Below are positions 1 to 13,749 of a stretch of 64,000 nucleotides of DNA, piece after piece. The notes under the pieces were generated by a model that worked only from the letters and a program-made list of their open reading frames with translations, was not told the origin of the DNA and made no database searches. Numbering within the stretch: position 1 is the stretch's first letter; each line of letters starts with the position of its first letter. This stretch comes from Lophium mytilinum (Eukaryota), in NCBI GenBank assembly GCA_010093605.1, contig MU004195.1:868001-932000 (forward strand), written 5' to 3'. The position numbers were made by a program, and so were the translations under genes.

Positions 1-135
1 TCCCCGCCACTTCAACCCTCGAGCCATCCGAACTCCCCAAGCGCACTCCCGTTAGCCGTTGGCCTGGGAGTCGGCATCCCACTTGGCATTCTTGCTGTCG
101 TTCGAGTAGCATCGCTAGCCCTTCATTATCGTTAG
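1..135 (+). pseudogene. 3' fragment of a single-pass (Mid2-like) membrane protein gene, possibly decayed
   Basis: Frame 1 reads SPPLQPSSHPNSPSALPLAVGLGVGIPLGILAVVRVASLALHYR*, a Ser/Pro stalk plus a GLGVGIPLG-type transmembrane segment common in fungal single-pass proteins. It stops at TAG 133-135 directly after the TM. The 5' end is outside the window. Confidence 0.35.
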
Positions 136-517
136 CGTCCTAGACACCAGGCCGTTCCAAAAATGGAAATGTACCCAGGAGAGGCAGTATACTAAGACCT
201 CGTTATACAATCAAATATTTCACCCATGTAATCCACGCATGATGTGACCAATCTCAGCACGAAGGCTCTAATATGCATGACCAATCTGCTATTGATGCGC
301 AAAACAACCCTCGGAGCTGAATCTCACCTGCCTAGAAATATGGTACTAGCCATTGCTCCATTGGGCCTGGTCTCAACTAATAATTTACCTAGGTCTACAA
401 TCCACGGTCATGACGAGCCTCTCGCATTCATGACATATTGCTTTCCTTGAGTCTCTGGAATTGTAATCTGTTACCCCTTGAAGCATCTGCTGTACTAAAT
501 GACGCAGTTGGTTTTGA

Positions 518-1948
518 TTAGAACCCTAAACGCCCGAGTAACTTGACGAGCTGCTCTTCATTCTCATTCCTGCAAGATACTATAACTTCCTCGGATTGCA
601 GCCACAGTACATCAGAATTCGTTACCCGCCACGGCAAAATCGAGCGAAGGGTGGTGTCGACATCTGCCACGCTATCGATTCCCGCAATCGTGCGGGGGCG
701 TCTTACGTCCAGCTTTTCTAACTCGTCCTCCCAGGTCTTCGCAACATCCCATTTGACACCATCCGGGACTGTTGGCGGGATTGGCGACGGAAAGCCCCGG
801 AGCTTTGCTTCCCTCATTGCCGTCTGCTCACTAGCTTCGTCACCAGACCAGCCTCGAAACTGGCCACCAGCCCCATCAAAAGAGCGCAAGAATTCGTACG
901 ACGGATGAAGGATGCATGCGAAATCGTAGTCAATCAGTGCCGTGATGCGTTCGGACGCCGCATCGAAGAGGAGATTATTGGTAGCTACGTTGGTGAATAG
1001 GAAATTAGCCTGATAGGCTCAAAAGGACGAAACTCGTTCAACTACTCACTAAAGTCGGCATGTACGATGACGCGGTCACGCTTTGAGCTTAGGGATTCGA
1101 ACTGAGCCGGAACACCGCGCTCAACGAAGCAATCAAGACGGTCCCGAACGCCATTGGCACGCCAGCCTTTGATGTAGGAATTCGCGTCTGCCTTCCTCAA
1201 AGCCAGTGCGAGTCGATCTATGAAATGGGCTTCATACGAGGGCCAAGGCCCGAGACCAACGCTCGTCATGGCGGTGCTTACAATGCGGCCATTCTCGTCA
1301 ATGGTCACGCCGCCGAACCCGGTGATGCTCGCTGGGATCTCGTAGTCTTGCAAGGCCTTCAGCAGCTGCGCCATTTGGGCGAAGATTTTCTGCTTCTGCG
1401 GGAGGTCTAGCGTCTTGAAGGCTTCGTTCACAGGCGTGCCGGGCATCAGCTCTTGGAGGATCCAGCCCTGGGAAGAAGGGGGCGCCGCGCTGGCCCAGCC
1501 GTATATGGAGGGTACCACGTGGGGATGGAAGCTGCTGAGGGCGGTTGAGGCGAGAGTGATGATGGCTACTTCGTTTTCAATACGCGTTTCTGGGTTCATG
1601 CCTTCGGCGATGGGGTTGCTTAGGCGCATAATGAGGGTTTTGGTGCCGGCGGGAATGGGGACGCACCCGGGCTGTCGAGCTTTATCTTTCGTTGATTTGT
1701 CCAAGGGGAGAGGCAAAGGTAGAGAGATGCGGTAGACAGAGTTGTTGTACTTGAAGGGGCATTCGGGGTCGTATTGGATGGGAACGATCTCAGCATCTTC
1801 CTAGTACGGATGCGTATTCAGTGTCTCGGCAGAAAAACAGCAAAGCTCCGGCCAAGCTTACCTTGAGATCTAGTCGGTCGTGAAGCAAGTGCTGTATGAA
1901 ATCAAGCCGTGCTTGATAATTCGCGTGATTTTGGTTCGTGACCGCCAT
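518..1948 (-). CDS. Aminoglycoside phosphotransferase (APH)-like kinase, 3 exons
   Basis: ATG at 1948, introns 1801-1861 and 985-1049 (GT..AG). The spliced product has the kinase-like motifs ENEVA, VVPSIYGW, WILQELMPG, HADFTTNNLLFD and LIDYDF. Confidence 0.85.
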
Positions 1949-2309
1949 ATGGAGTGAAGGGGTCGTTTGTCCTCAGAAGACTATGCATGAGGACACTTCG
2001 GAGAAGATTTGCCTATCCCTGATTTTTTTTCTTCGTAGAAACTGTGGGGTGTCGACGTATTAGCTTCCATCATGCATGCGGACATACGGCGCAGTCGAAC
2101 ACCAACCCTATTACCACGCTTTTGCAAAGTTACCTAGTAGGCTAATCAGTTTCCCTATCATTTGACTATACTGGCAAATATCAGCAAAGCCATTCCAGTC
2201 TCCCATTCCAGATACGCCCAATACCATGCCGCCAAATGCAAATGCAAATAACCACCCAAAACACCATCAATGCCCACCAAATGCTTTTCCCCTCCCCACC
2301 ATCTACCCC

Positions 2310-5300
2310 CTACCCACTCGGAAACTCCTCCCCCAACCCCAACTTCACCTTAACATTCATACTCGCCAGCTCCTGCAGCAGCAACTTCGCCGCATACGGC
2401 ATCGTGATCTTGCTGACCCCCTCGCCCGTCTTGCACGCCTGACACCACCCCTGATACCCCATCTGCCCACACTTCTCGCAAACATCCACCTCATGCGCAT
2501 CCGAACTAACCATCAGCCGCTCCAGCAACAGCTGCGAGGCTCCGTACGCAATCAGACAATCCCGCTCCATCTCCCCCAACCGCAGCCCGCCATCTCGCGA
2601 ACGCCCCTCCGTCGGCTGGCGGGTCAACGTCGCGCGCGGTCCGCGGGCGCGGGAGTGCAGCTTATCCTGCACCATATGCTTAAGTTTCTGGTAGTAGATG
2701 GGACCGAAGAAGACGTAGCTGGGCAGCGCCTCGCCCGTGATTCCCGAGGTGAGGTAGTCCTTGCCGGAGTAACTGAAGCCTTTTTTGAGCAAGATCATCG
2801 CCATGTCCTCCACTTTGCTGCCGCCGAAAGCGGTGCCGTATTGCTGGGTACCTTCCAGCACGCCCGCTTTGCCGCTCAGCAGCTCCATCATCTTGCCGAC
2901 CGTCATGCGCGATGGGAAACCGTGGGGGTTCATGATGATGTCAGGCGTGACGCCGTCGTCAGAGAAGGGCATGTCCGCCTGTGGGGAGATGATACCGACG
3001 ACGCCTTTCTGCCCGTGGCGGGAGCTGAACTTGTCCCCGAGTTCTGGGCGGCGGGTCTGCCGCGTCTGGATCTTGATGATGCGAGTCTGGTTGTCGTTCT
3101 CGGCAACCATGATCTTGTCGACGTAGCAAGGGTCGGGCAGCTTGTAGGACGAGTGCGTGTCGCGCCATTCGCCGCCGCCGCCGTGGGGGTTTGCGCCGCC
3201 GCTCACGGAGTAGATGCTTGTGTTAGCGGGTGTGGCCTTGAGCAGGTAGACGTCGTCCTTTGCGAGCTCCATGCCGACCTCGACGATGCCGTCGCCGCCG
3301 ATTTTGGAGTGATTAGGGTTGGTAGCGTCGCGCGCGCCGGCGTTGATCATATCGCTGGCACCGTTGGCGTAGTTCTTCAGCTGTACGGCCATTTTCTTAA
3401 AAACCTGACATCGGCCGAAGCCGCGGTCGACGGAGGCTTTGTTCAGGACGAGGGCGTCCTCGATATCGTAGCCGGAGTAGGACATGACAGCTACGGTGGC
3501 GTTTTGGCCAGCCGGGAGTTTGTCGTACTTGATCAGCTCGATCGTCCTAGTGGAAACCATCGGTTTTTGAGGATACACCATCAAATAAAGGAGGGTGTCG
3601 ATTCGAGTAAATTGGTTGTAAGCGATAGATCCAATAGCCTGCTTACCCATAGCGCACTGATACGTATTCCTGGGCGACTGGTTATGATGTGGGTACGGGA
3701 TTAATCCTGCGACCGCGCCCAGAATCGTGAATGGTTCGACTTCGAGGTGAGTAGTGTGTTCATTGATGTCTTTTTCATAGACGGAAATATTGGAATCGTT
3801 TTCCTCGTTGACGTCGAGATACTCAACAAGGCCACGGGTAAGGAAGTCGTCAAAGTTCATCGTGCCCTTGCGCAAAGCTTTCAGATATCTAGCTGTAACC
3901 TTTGTGCGTCCTCGTTCAACAATTATGAGTGGGCGACAGATCCGCCCTTCGTCTGTTGCGATGTGGACTCCGTTGTGGTGATGATTGATGTAGATGCTCA
4001 CAAACTCGGAGATTCTCCCTATCCGCCTGAATCTCCGGAAATCAGTCAGGAACTTCTTGGGGGTCCGCGTCACGGCGATTGGAGTGCCGTTGACAAAAAC
4101 GACGTAGGCACCGACACCGTGAATCTCATAGCCACTGGCAGAGACTATGTCTTCAGCACCGAGTATGAAGACCAACTTTCGGACCGGATCTTCTTCGTCT
4201 TCGGTGGTGATGTGTGTCATGAGCGCCAAGTTCTTGACAAGACCGCAAGCTTCTCCTTCGGGAGTGTCCGAGGGGCAAAGCATGCCGAACTGCGATGGTT
4301 GTAACGCTCGAGGTCCACTGACTTTCCTCGTCTTCTCGAACTGACTGCTAATTCTTGTCATCATACCTATAGCGCTGATGTAGCTCAGCCGACTCAGTAG
4401 GTGCGTGACGCCGGCTCTCTCCATCTTGAATCGTTTCAAATTCCAGTTGCCGGTCGATAAGGCTCGTTCAATACCCATAGTTAGGTGATTGCCATGTAAA
4501 TGCATATGGTCATACGCGTCAAACTCTGAGGCCCGATTTGGCTTCTTAAGAACCTTGTCGATGTTCATCTTGAACTCGTGGTTGAACCTCTTGAAGTGAT
4601 CTTCGAACAGAATCGATAGCATCTGGCCAGCCAACTCCAATCGCTTATTCCCGACGTAATCTCTGTCATCAACCAAGGTTGGGTCGTGCATCGCCATCAG
4701 AACCCTTCGAGCCATGAAAGCCACGTAGAGTGCTTTTGGCCGGAAGTTCATCCCAAAGACGGGGACGTGAGTAATAACGATTGTCGCCAGACACTCGATG
4801 GCTTCGTGCTGATAGTTTCGCCGCTGATAACCAGAAGGCTTTCTCATCATCTTGATCTTGCTGCCAATATATTCCAGAGCTTGTTGTTGGGTATAGACAT
4901 TCTCCCTTGTGCAGGCCTCGAAGTTTGGCGCAAACTGGTCTTGATATATGGTGTCCTCTCCAGCAACGAGCAAGATGATCTCGTGGTCGGACTGGATTCC
5001 CATGGCCTTGAGAATGAAAACAATAGGAATCTCTTCGTTCAAGATATTGTGCCGTAGGTACAAGCGTCCTTTTTTCAGGATCACATATGTCTTCGACTTT
5101 CTCTCGTGTGTAGAACTGTTCCTTGTAAGCCGAATGATGTCTTATAAGAGAGTAGCAATGATCAGCGCTTACCTAGTAACACTGGCCTGCATGATCCCCT
5201 TCGCGCTCTCCACAATGACTCGATTCTTGCTCAACTGCTCTTGAACCAAAATCACCTTCTCCTGGCCTCTCACAACGAAGTATCCACCAGGATCGATCTC

Positions 5301-6186
5301 GCACTCATTAAGCAGGCCCATATCCTTGTTAGACCGCCCATGTAATACGCACTTGTTACTCCGCAGCATAATTGGCAGTCTCCCGATTCTGATATCTTTT
5401 CTCCGCACTATTCTGTTGCCCCGGCGATATTCAATATCCACAACAATAGGTGCCGCATAAGTCAGATCCCTCAGCCGACATTCATTCGGTGTGATGTTGC
5501 TCTCCTTGTACTTCATATCCTTATTGTCCTCATCGATGCGATTCGGCTTTAATACTCGGATGTCCGTGTACCTGAGGAAGAATTTATCGTCCGCATCGCT
5601 GTGCACGACGCGGTTCGCCTCAACAATCTTCTTGAGCTCCACATCCACAAAGTGATTGAAGGAGTCGATGTGCTGCTTTACCAAACCCTTAACTTTGAGA
5701 AAAGCAGGAAGCAGGTTCCATTTGTCGGTGGCGGTATTGATGGGATCCGTGAGAGATTTGCCGTAGTAGAAGGGTTCGAGGAGGTTGGAGAAGTCATCTT
5801 TAGCGGCAGGAACTGGTTGCTCCTTTCTCTTCCGCGTAGGCTTTGCGGGGCGTGAGGATGTTTCTTCGACGGCGTTGTTTCCACCTCGAGGCGCATCTTG
5901 TGCGGTTTCGCCTGAAGCAGGCACCGCGGGAGCAGAGGATTCGGCGGTAGTAGAGGGTTTCGCTGGTTTCACATTGATGGTATCAGAGGCACCTGATTGA
6001 CTTGGATTCGCAGCATCTGGAGCAGTGGCGTCTCCTGCTTTGCTGCCGCGGGGTGCTCGTGGTTTTCGCGCCGCCTGCGCATAGTCAGTGAGGCTATTCG
6101 GATTCGAAGCTTTCAGCGGAGACACAGACCTTCGCTGCTGCATCTCCAATCTCCGTCGGGCCCGGTTTCTTTGGGCGGGGTGGCAT
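2310..6186 (-). CDS. RET1: RNA polymerase III second-largest subunit (RPC2/C128), 3 exons
   Basis: ATG at 6186, introns 6075-6129 and 5116-5172. Motifs [79 protein letters not shown] and [11 protein letters not shown] are Pol III-type. Confidence 0.97.
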
Positions 6187-6267
6187 TTTGAGCTGTTGTA
6201 CGGTGAGGAATGTGAGAGGCGGTGGTGGGCTTGAAGTTTCGCGAATGACTCGGTCGACTAACTTTTG

Positions 6268-6277
6268 TTATCGATAA
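6268..6277. promoter_or_regulatory. Palindrome TTATCGATAA (overlapping GATA/DRE-like site) upstream of RPC2
   Basis: Perfect 10-bp palindrome about 80 bp upstream of the RPC2 ATG. Function is inferred only. Confidence 0.35.
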
Positions 6278-6771
6278 GAATTTCCCTGCAGTTCACCAGC
6301 CCTGCCAGCCTCAAAATCATCATCCAATCGATCTATTTCTGGTGAAATATACTATCTAAAGATCCTCTATGACTTAACAGTGCGTTAAAAGGATGTAGTC
6401 ATCCGCTGCTAAGCCTTTGATATTGCCACCTGAATGCATCATGGAGCGGCCGATAGAAAAGGATAATGGTCACTCATCACCAGTCAAGCTCAAGATTTGA
6501 TACCCAATATAGGATTTTTAGTGCCGCTTGAACTATCAGCAGAGAACCGCCAAGCCATGACTCCAGGCTCCATCGCTCAAAGAACCGTAACGGTCCAAAT
6601 CAATATCTTACAATCTCCCACCAACTGTCGGACCTTCGCAAATACCCATGCCTTCATCCCCCAAGCCCCGCAACTGTGACCAAGAGAGCGTCTTTAGCTA
6701 GCCAAGGCATTTTCACCAAGGGCGAGAATACCGGAGTGAACAGGAGCACCATTCGCCCCCATACTCGACGC

Positions 6772-8577
6772 CTAGAAGGCAGCACCACCAACATCGTTCT
6801 CCCCATTCAGTGACTTCAGATGCTGCTCGGCTAGCTCCGCCCTCAGCGTGTTGTTGTCGCATTCGCGCTCGCCCGTCTCCCATTCCCTCAAAGTCTGCCG
6901 CTTCTTCGCCTGCTTAATCTCAATTAGTTCACGCAACTTCCGCGCCTCTTCCTCGAGCTTCGAGAGCTTGCTCTTGTCGAACAGCTCCGGAGCCAACTTA
7001 CCCCCATCTACAATCTTCGGCAAGTCGACGAGATGGTTCTGGAACCGCTGAGTACGTGGGTAGGTCGTAGATGTGCTGTTGCTCGACCCGCGGAACGGCG
7101 GGGCGAAAGGCTGAGGACCACCTACGGCACCCCCGCCGCGAGGACCAGCTGGTGGGCCAGCCGGAGGCCCATTGCTGGGATAGTAGGGAGCACCTCCAGG
7201 GCCACCACGGCCTCCAGCCCAGTGTCCTGAGCCACGTCGAGCTGGTGGGGGTCCGCCTCCATATTCACGAGGAGCATAATCTCCGGCATATCCTCCCCGT
7301 CCGCTGCCCCCGCGCGGTCGCGTTGGAGGGGCTAGCACAGGGTTATGTGAGCGGGGACCAGACATAGACATCGAATTCGAAGAAGGCCCGAGCGGAGGTG
7401 TCATAGCTGACGGACCGTAGTTCCTTGACGCTGGTCTGTTCGGAGTTGGACCAGTTGGCGGAGCGCGAGAGAATCCGTCACCATTGCGGAAGGCCGGACC
7501 GGTGGGAGGCGCGCCATTCGAGAACTCTCTCTCGCGTGGCCCAGTCGGAGGAGATCGTCGTTCACGTACTGGCTCAGGGTCGACAGGACGATAGGGAGAC
7601 CGAGGCGCCGGAGAGATTGGCTCAGGTCGTCCACGGGATTCGTCAGGGATCAACGCTGCTCTACTCTGGTGCACTGGCGGAGAGGAACGACGTGACGTCG
7701 CTGCAGAACCGCGACCAGAGGCGTCATTTGTAGGATATGCTGGTCGAACAGGCGATTGTGAGCGTCTCCTCCAAGTGTCCGCAGTATAAGGGTCGACTCG
7801 AGGTTCGCGGCGAGGGGAGGGCGAGCGACGACGGTATTCGCGGTTGTCGCGTGGAGGAGGCGAGTATGCTCGACGAGGAGGTCTGAAAGCTAGATCAGTA
7901 TCGGGGAGATTGGTCTGCAGCCATGTACGCCTTTCGGCGGTTTCCACGGCGCCGAAATCGACGTACGTTGCGGCGCGAGAGCGCGGCTCTTCATATCTGC
8001 CACGCGCAGGCGGTGACTCTATTCTCTCTCTCTTGGCGGGTGGTGGCGAGCGCATGCCACGGCTCCGAGCGGGCGAGATGTCTCGTGGGCGCTTTAGGGG
8101 CAGAGGTGATCGCTCTCTGACAGGCCGAGGGGAGCGCCCGTAAGACTCATATTCGCGACGAGGAGATCTTCCCCGGTTGTCGTTTCTGTAGTCATCGCGT
8201 CTCGGCGAGTATGCACGCCGCATCGGGGATCTCGGTCTCGCCCTCCAACTCTCGCCCCGCGGCGGGCTTCGTGATCTACGACGGAATCCAGGGGAGCGGC
8301 TTCGGGGTCTGGCAGGTCGATTTCCTGGAACATAGGTGTCTGCGACGGGCAAAGGACGCCGAGGAGGTGATCGCGCGCGATAACTGTCGCGTGGCGGAGG
8401 TGAGCGACCAGGGCGGTAGGTGTATCTATCGTCTCTGCATACGAGTAAGTTTACCAACACATGATGTGGGACGCTGCCAAAGGCCAAAGCGCACAGCAAA
8501 GCTCAATATCTCCGATGTGTTGACGTAAAGGCGAAGTTGGAAGGGGAAGCAAACCTTCGATCTCTGTCTCTATCCAT
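6772..8577 (-). CDS. Arg/Ser/Pro-rich (SR-like) low-complexity protein with C-terminal coiled coil, 3 exons
   Basis: ATG at 8577 (MDRDRDRRDDRY), introns 8435-8554 and 7883-7966. Many RSP/RSRSP repeats, RGG stretches, and a C-terminal helix KLEEEARKLRELIEIKQAKKRQTLREW. Confidence 0.8.
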
Positions 8578-9629
8578 GGTGGCTAGGCCCTGCGACGGGA
8601 AAGCGCGATGCCTTTGGTGACGTCAGGAGCACCCGAAGTAGGTGCAGCGTGCGAGGACGAGCGATGTTATAGATGTTGTAGGTGGTGTTGTTCACTTCGC
8701 GAAGGAAGTTCTGAAGTTTCAACGGCGCGCAGGTCGAGGCTTAAGCGTGCACGTGAGCGCGCTAACCATATTCGGCACAATTTTAGTGGGGCCAATGATT
8801 CAAGTGAGGCTCTCTCCGCGGTATGTAGTGTGGCATGAGGCGGCATGAGCCAGGTGGATTAACGTCAAATGGAATACCTAGTGTAATCAGCGGTCAGTGA
8901 GGAGGATGGACATACCAACAAACAGTGCAGACCAGATATGCACAACTCGGTGCGATGTTTGGTACCCACACACGCAAACTATTCGAGACCTGTAGCCCGT
9001 GCAAACAAAGAGTACGGTAGAATGCCTTGTCTGTAGCAGTGGTGAAAACTCTTCACAAAGAGCGCAAGCCCCCAAGCGCCATCCGACGTCTTATATCTGC
9101 TCCAGACTTTTGCGAAGGGATCGACCAACTCCATGTGGCGGCATGGGAGTGTCAGTAAACCAAAGCCCTAGTACTGAAATGGTTGCACTATTGATTTCAT
9201 GGCGCAGGGATGTCTGTGTGTTAATTCCATAGTCACGGCCCCACTGGGAAGTCTCCCTAGTATCTTCACACTCTTATCTTATAGCATCATCCCCTGAAGT
9301 GGTACTGTTCCATCGGTTCAAGTTCTAGAGCACTCCAGAGATAGTCTTTAAACACTTCATTTTCCATTTCAATTATCTTCTTCCTAAGCCCTCTTCGATA
9401 GAGCTTGTTGCACCGTCGACGGTCCGAGGATTGGAATCGCTGGGGCCTATTCCCAAGATCGAATGTGGGAAAAAGCCTGGTATCCCTATGCAAACATCCT
9501 CCCTAGTGCGCATACCGCTGGGTGTATACCGCAAGTGTGAATCTCAAACTCAATATTTTTACAATCGCCAATCCTATTCGCTTCGGGTTCTGTGCATAGT
9601 CATGTTGGAACCTCCTGCACTCTAGATCC

Positions 9630-11422
9630 CTAGCGCCTGCTCCTCCTCTCTGCATCCTTCTTCTGCCTCTTGTGGCTCTCTTCAGCGATCATGGCACTCA
9701 AGTCCTCTTGATCAATACCGCCAAATTTCTTCGCCGCTTCTGCCTTGCGTTCGGCTTCGTACCGCTTCTTGAGTGCGTTCTTGTCTAGCTTGTCATCTCT
9801 TGCTAACGCATCAGGATCCACCGAAATATCCACATCTTCCGCCTTGCGCTTCCTGCCCTTTGGCTCTTCTCCAATCTTGGGAATATTACGAGCTGCCTGC
9901 GCACTCTTGAGGTCGTATGCACGGTCGCCACCGAAGAAACCCTGCGCTCGGATACTGTGCTCGGGGAGAACTTGATAGGCGCTACGAGGTGCCGTCGAAT
10001 CTTCCGTCTCGGTACCTCTACGCTGCTTCCGCAGGCTGAACTCACCAGCAACGCTCTCAGCGCCGAAATCAGATGGGGCAGTGGAAGCAATGCCACTCGG
10101 AGTAGCAAGTCCGCTTGGGGTCTGCAAACCCTCACCCGTGCCGTCTTTGACCTCTGCATCTTCGTCGTCATCGTCGTCAGAGTCTTCTTCCTCCTCGCTC
10201 TGTTCAACGTCCGAGTCTCCTACCCCCGGAGCAAGCAATTCACCCCAGATCGTCTTCTCCACAGGCTCGCCTGCATACTGGTTCTGTTGCGGTTCGGCAA
10301 GACCAAGGATATCGCCTCCCCATCTCGGCATGCCGTTGACGTCAAGTGCTGGATTACCGTATCCGCCAGGCTGCATTCCCCAATGTTGACCGGGTGGCAG
10401 AGGTGCATTCACACCAGGAATCTTAAGAGATGGATATGACGGCGGCGGTCCGAATTTCTGCATGTTGATTTGCCACGGCGGTGGATATCCCGGCGGCATG
10501 TGCAGCGCATCCTTCAGCTCTTCACTCAGCTCACCAGGTCGCATATTCTTCAAGTTTGTTTCGTACTCCTTGCCTTCGTAGTAGACTTCGCCGTATCGCG
10601 TCATTTCTGGCTTCGTCTGGCGTCTGAAGAAAGCGTCTTGGAGTTTTTGGTAGTCAATATCTAGCTTGCCCATCTTTGGCTGGACCCGTTCTCGTGCCTT
10701 TTGCTTCAGCGTAGCATCCTTCTGCTTCTCGAGAATGGCATCTCGCATCTCGGCAATGCCCGTCTCCAGAATGAACTTGGGAAGAGCAAAGGGAGGTTTC
10801 TCTATGCCTCGCTTTGAGGACAGATACTCGCGCTTGAGCGACCAATGGCTAGGGACGGGTACGATGTTCCGCTGGGACTTGATGGCGATGAGAAGTCGAG
10901 GGTCTGATGAGGAAGGATCGGTCCACTCAACCAGCTCGGGTCTTGAGACGATGGCCTTCAGTTCAGCAATTGAGAGTTTGTTCAGCGCCTTCTTCGCCTT
11001 CTTTGACAATTTGCCCTCTGTCTGCTGCTCCTGCTCTTCATCTTGTATGTGATCATCGTCTTCGTAGTATATCTCTGGCTTCTCCTGCTCCTTTGGCTGG
11101 TCCTTGCCAACGACGTTGTCGAACTTCTCGAACACATCCTGGAACTGTTGGTAGAGTGGATTATCGGGGTCGAGATCGAGGAAGGCGAAGGCGGCATTCT
11201 CGAGATCGGCATCGGTGTCGCCGTCAAAGCCTCCCCGGACTGGCTCATCGACAACTTCGACAACTTCCGGTGCTGGGGTCGGTATCTCCTGTCCTTGTGT
11301 AAACCTAGTCTACTCGCAATAGGTGGGGGTACACTTACTGCGACTTCAACCTTCTTCTCCTTCTTCAAGGCCCGGCGCCTCGCGTTCTTGTTGACAATCT
11401 TCTTTGTAGATTCGGCAGCCAT
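9630..11422 (-). CDS. CUS1: Splicing factor 3B subunit 2 (SAP145/Cus1), 2 exons
   Basis: ATG at 11422, intron 11289-11338. Motifs VPVPSHWSLKREYLSSKRGIEKPPF, RERVQPKMGKLDIDYQKL, and PSP domain PPPWQINMQKFGPPPSYPSLKIPG. Confidence 0.95.
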
Positions 11423-12029
11423 TGTCGCAAGGTGGTCGCAACAGCGCGATCAATATTGACTGCTAGCTGAAGGTTCCGAGATCTCTTGGGCAGCGCTGCG
11501 CCCAGGTGGTTTAGACCGGTCGGTCCAAACGTGCAATGGGATTGGGCAAGGAAAGTGGGCAAGGGATGTGAGGGTCTGACTTACTTTCACCGAGCCTTAT
11601 TCAGAGTGGCGAGTTTCGCAATAGCTCAGCACCATGCCTGGTGGTGGCGTTGAAGATGGTGTCGAGGATGTTGTTGGACGGAGGTTGAAGATGTTGCGAA
11701 CCGTGGAAGTCGCGAGTGGCGACGTTCCGATGATTTGCCGGGCGGGCTTACCTAATCCATGGACCCGCTCCAAACTCAGTCGACTGCTGTCTCTTTCACT
11801 GAATATTATCATTCACTGGTATCAATATGTGAAATCGCTCCGTATGATTTCCACCCTTTCTTTTGCTGGGGGAGTAAAGGCCTACTCCGCTATTTGAGGT
11901 CTCAATGCGCTCTTTTGAATCTACTTTCCAATCTATCCAGAGTATGCAGCAAAACGTATTCAAGGCAGTATAGTAGCAAAAGGATTTCAGCACCTACACT
12001 CCTATGAAGGACAGGTTCACCCCAAGGCC

Positions 12030-13133
12030 TCAAGACCGATCATCCTTCTCGAACTTGTCCTGCCAAAAGCCCCTAAAGTGCTTCTCCTCGCCCTTCTCCT
12101 TGATCTCTTTGATCTCCACCGGGGTCAACTTGAACGTGGCCGCCCTCAAGTAGTCCGAAAGACGCTGTTCCTTTGAACTCGTGGTGATTGCCACAATGTC
12201 CTGGTCAATCGCCCATCTCAGACTCACTTCCCCCTCACTGACAGCGTACTTCTTCGCCAAGCCCGCCACGTACCCATCAATTGGGCCTGGCTTTGCTTTC
12301 GTCACTGCACTAAGCGGCCCATACGCAGACGTCGCGATACCATGCTTCTTGTGGAAGTCCAGAAGTTCGGTGTGCTGCAAGTAGGGGTGGAACTCGATCT
12401 GGTTGATGGCCGGGACGACCTTGGCCGTCTTGAGCGTCGCTTCAAAATGTTTGACGAGGTAATTGGAGACACCGATAGACTTAGCGAGTCCAGCAGCTTG
12501 GATCTTTTCCATGGTTGCCCAGGCAGATTGAAGCTCGGCATCGGATTTGGCGAAGAAGGGAGAGTGGATGAGGAAGCTAGCGCGTTAATGTTAGATGACA
12601 TTCATGGAGCTAGGCTATGTCGCATTACAGAAGGTATGTATAAGGAAGTGGGTGCTTACAGATCCACATAGTCCAGTTGCAGCTTCTTCAAGCTGGTCTT
12701 TATGGCACCTTCGATGTCCCCAATACTGTTCATCACCTTCGTTACGACGTATAGCTTTTCTCGCGGAACGTCGCTCTCCTTGATCGCGAGGCCGAGTTCA
12801 GATTCTGTCTTGTAGACCTCTGCGCCGTCGAGATGGGTATATCCGAGCTTGATTGCCGTCTTGGTAGTCTCAACCAGCGCGCGGTCGATCTTGGATTCAT
12901 CGCCGGTCTTGTACCATGCCGTGCCAGTGCCGTAGCCTAACTATACCATGGGTTTTGGTTAGCCTTTCGCGAGACTCAAAATATATTTGAAAGGGCATGC
13001 AAAGATTTCATTACGCCGCGCAAAGAGCGTGTTGTCTTGGAGCAAGAAGATGTAAAAGGTATAAACGTACCATCGGAATTGAAGTTCCATCGTTCAATTT
13101 CAGTGCCGGGATCGGAGTGTGGATGTTCGCCAT
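12030..13133 (-). CDS. Aldo-keto reductase (NADPH-dependent), 3 exons
   Basis: ATG at 13133, introns 12941-13070 and 12577-12659. Motifs LKLNDGTSIPMLGYGTGT, HLDGAEVY, YVDLFLIHSP, AKSIGVSNY and PAINQIEFHPYLQ. Confidence 0.92.
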
Positions 13134-13749
13134 GCTTGCAGATATGCTGAAGATCCTAGACTGGAATATGATAGGTACTGGTAGCCTCAAGGTCTGAGAG
13201 AGGGGCAATGGCTTCTGAGAGTGAAGCAGAATAGGTCGAGCAGCTCTGAGCATTCGATTTCGATATTCAGGATAAGAGGTGGAGGCCTGAGGGTTACAAA
13301 TCCAATTGACGCGATCAAAATCCCAGAGCACGAAGGCGGGGTGAAGCTGTCGTGGTGGGGTAGCTGATGACGTTATCCGAGGATATCTCTACCTAATATT
13401 TACGCAGTACTTCAAGCAAATCTCTAGAAATAAGACGAGGCCTTGATGCATGATATCAAGCGTTAATCCTTCCCATCCTTAGACTTCCAGATCTAGACGT
13501 CGCTAGACGCCTGAAGCTAGGATCTGTGCCAATGAAAACCAGCGGCTTAGTGCATATGTCCCCGTATATCGGCAGTAATAGTTCAATGGCAGAATCAGGA
13601 ACGAGAAGAACAGATAACGTGAAAGGCTATTGAGAAATCCATCGCTCGAGTATATATGGAATGAATCTAACCCTTCTCCTCCTATTTTCTCTACTCCGCC
13701 AGCTTTATGTGGGTTTCTGTCTTCTCTAAGTCATACATCGTTCTCAACC

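Noticed and set aside
2226..3704. 492-aa plus-strand ORF
   Set aside because: Antisense shadow of the highly codon-biased RPC2 gene; no recognisable domain.
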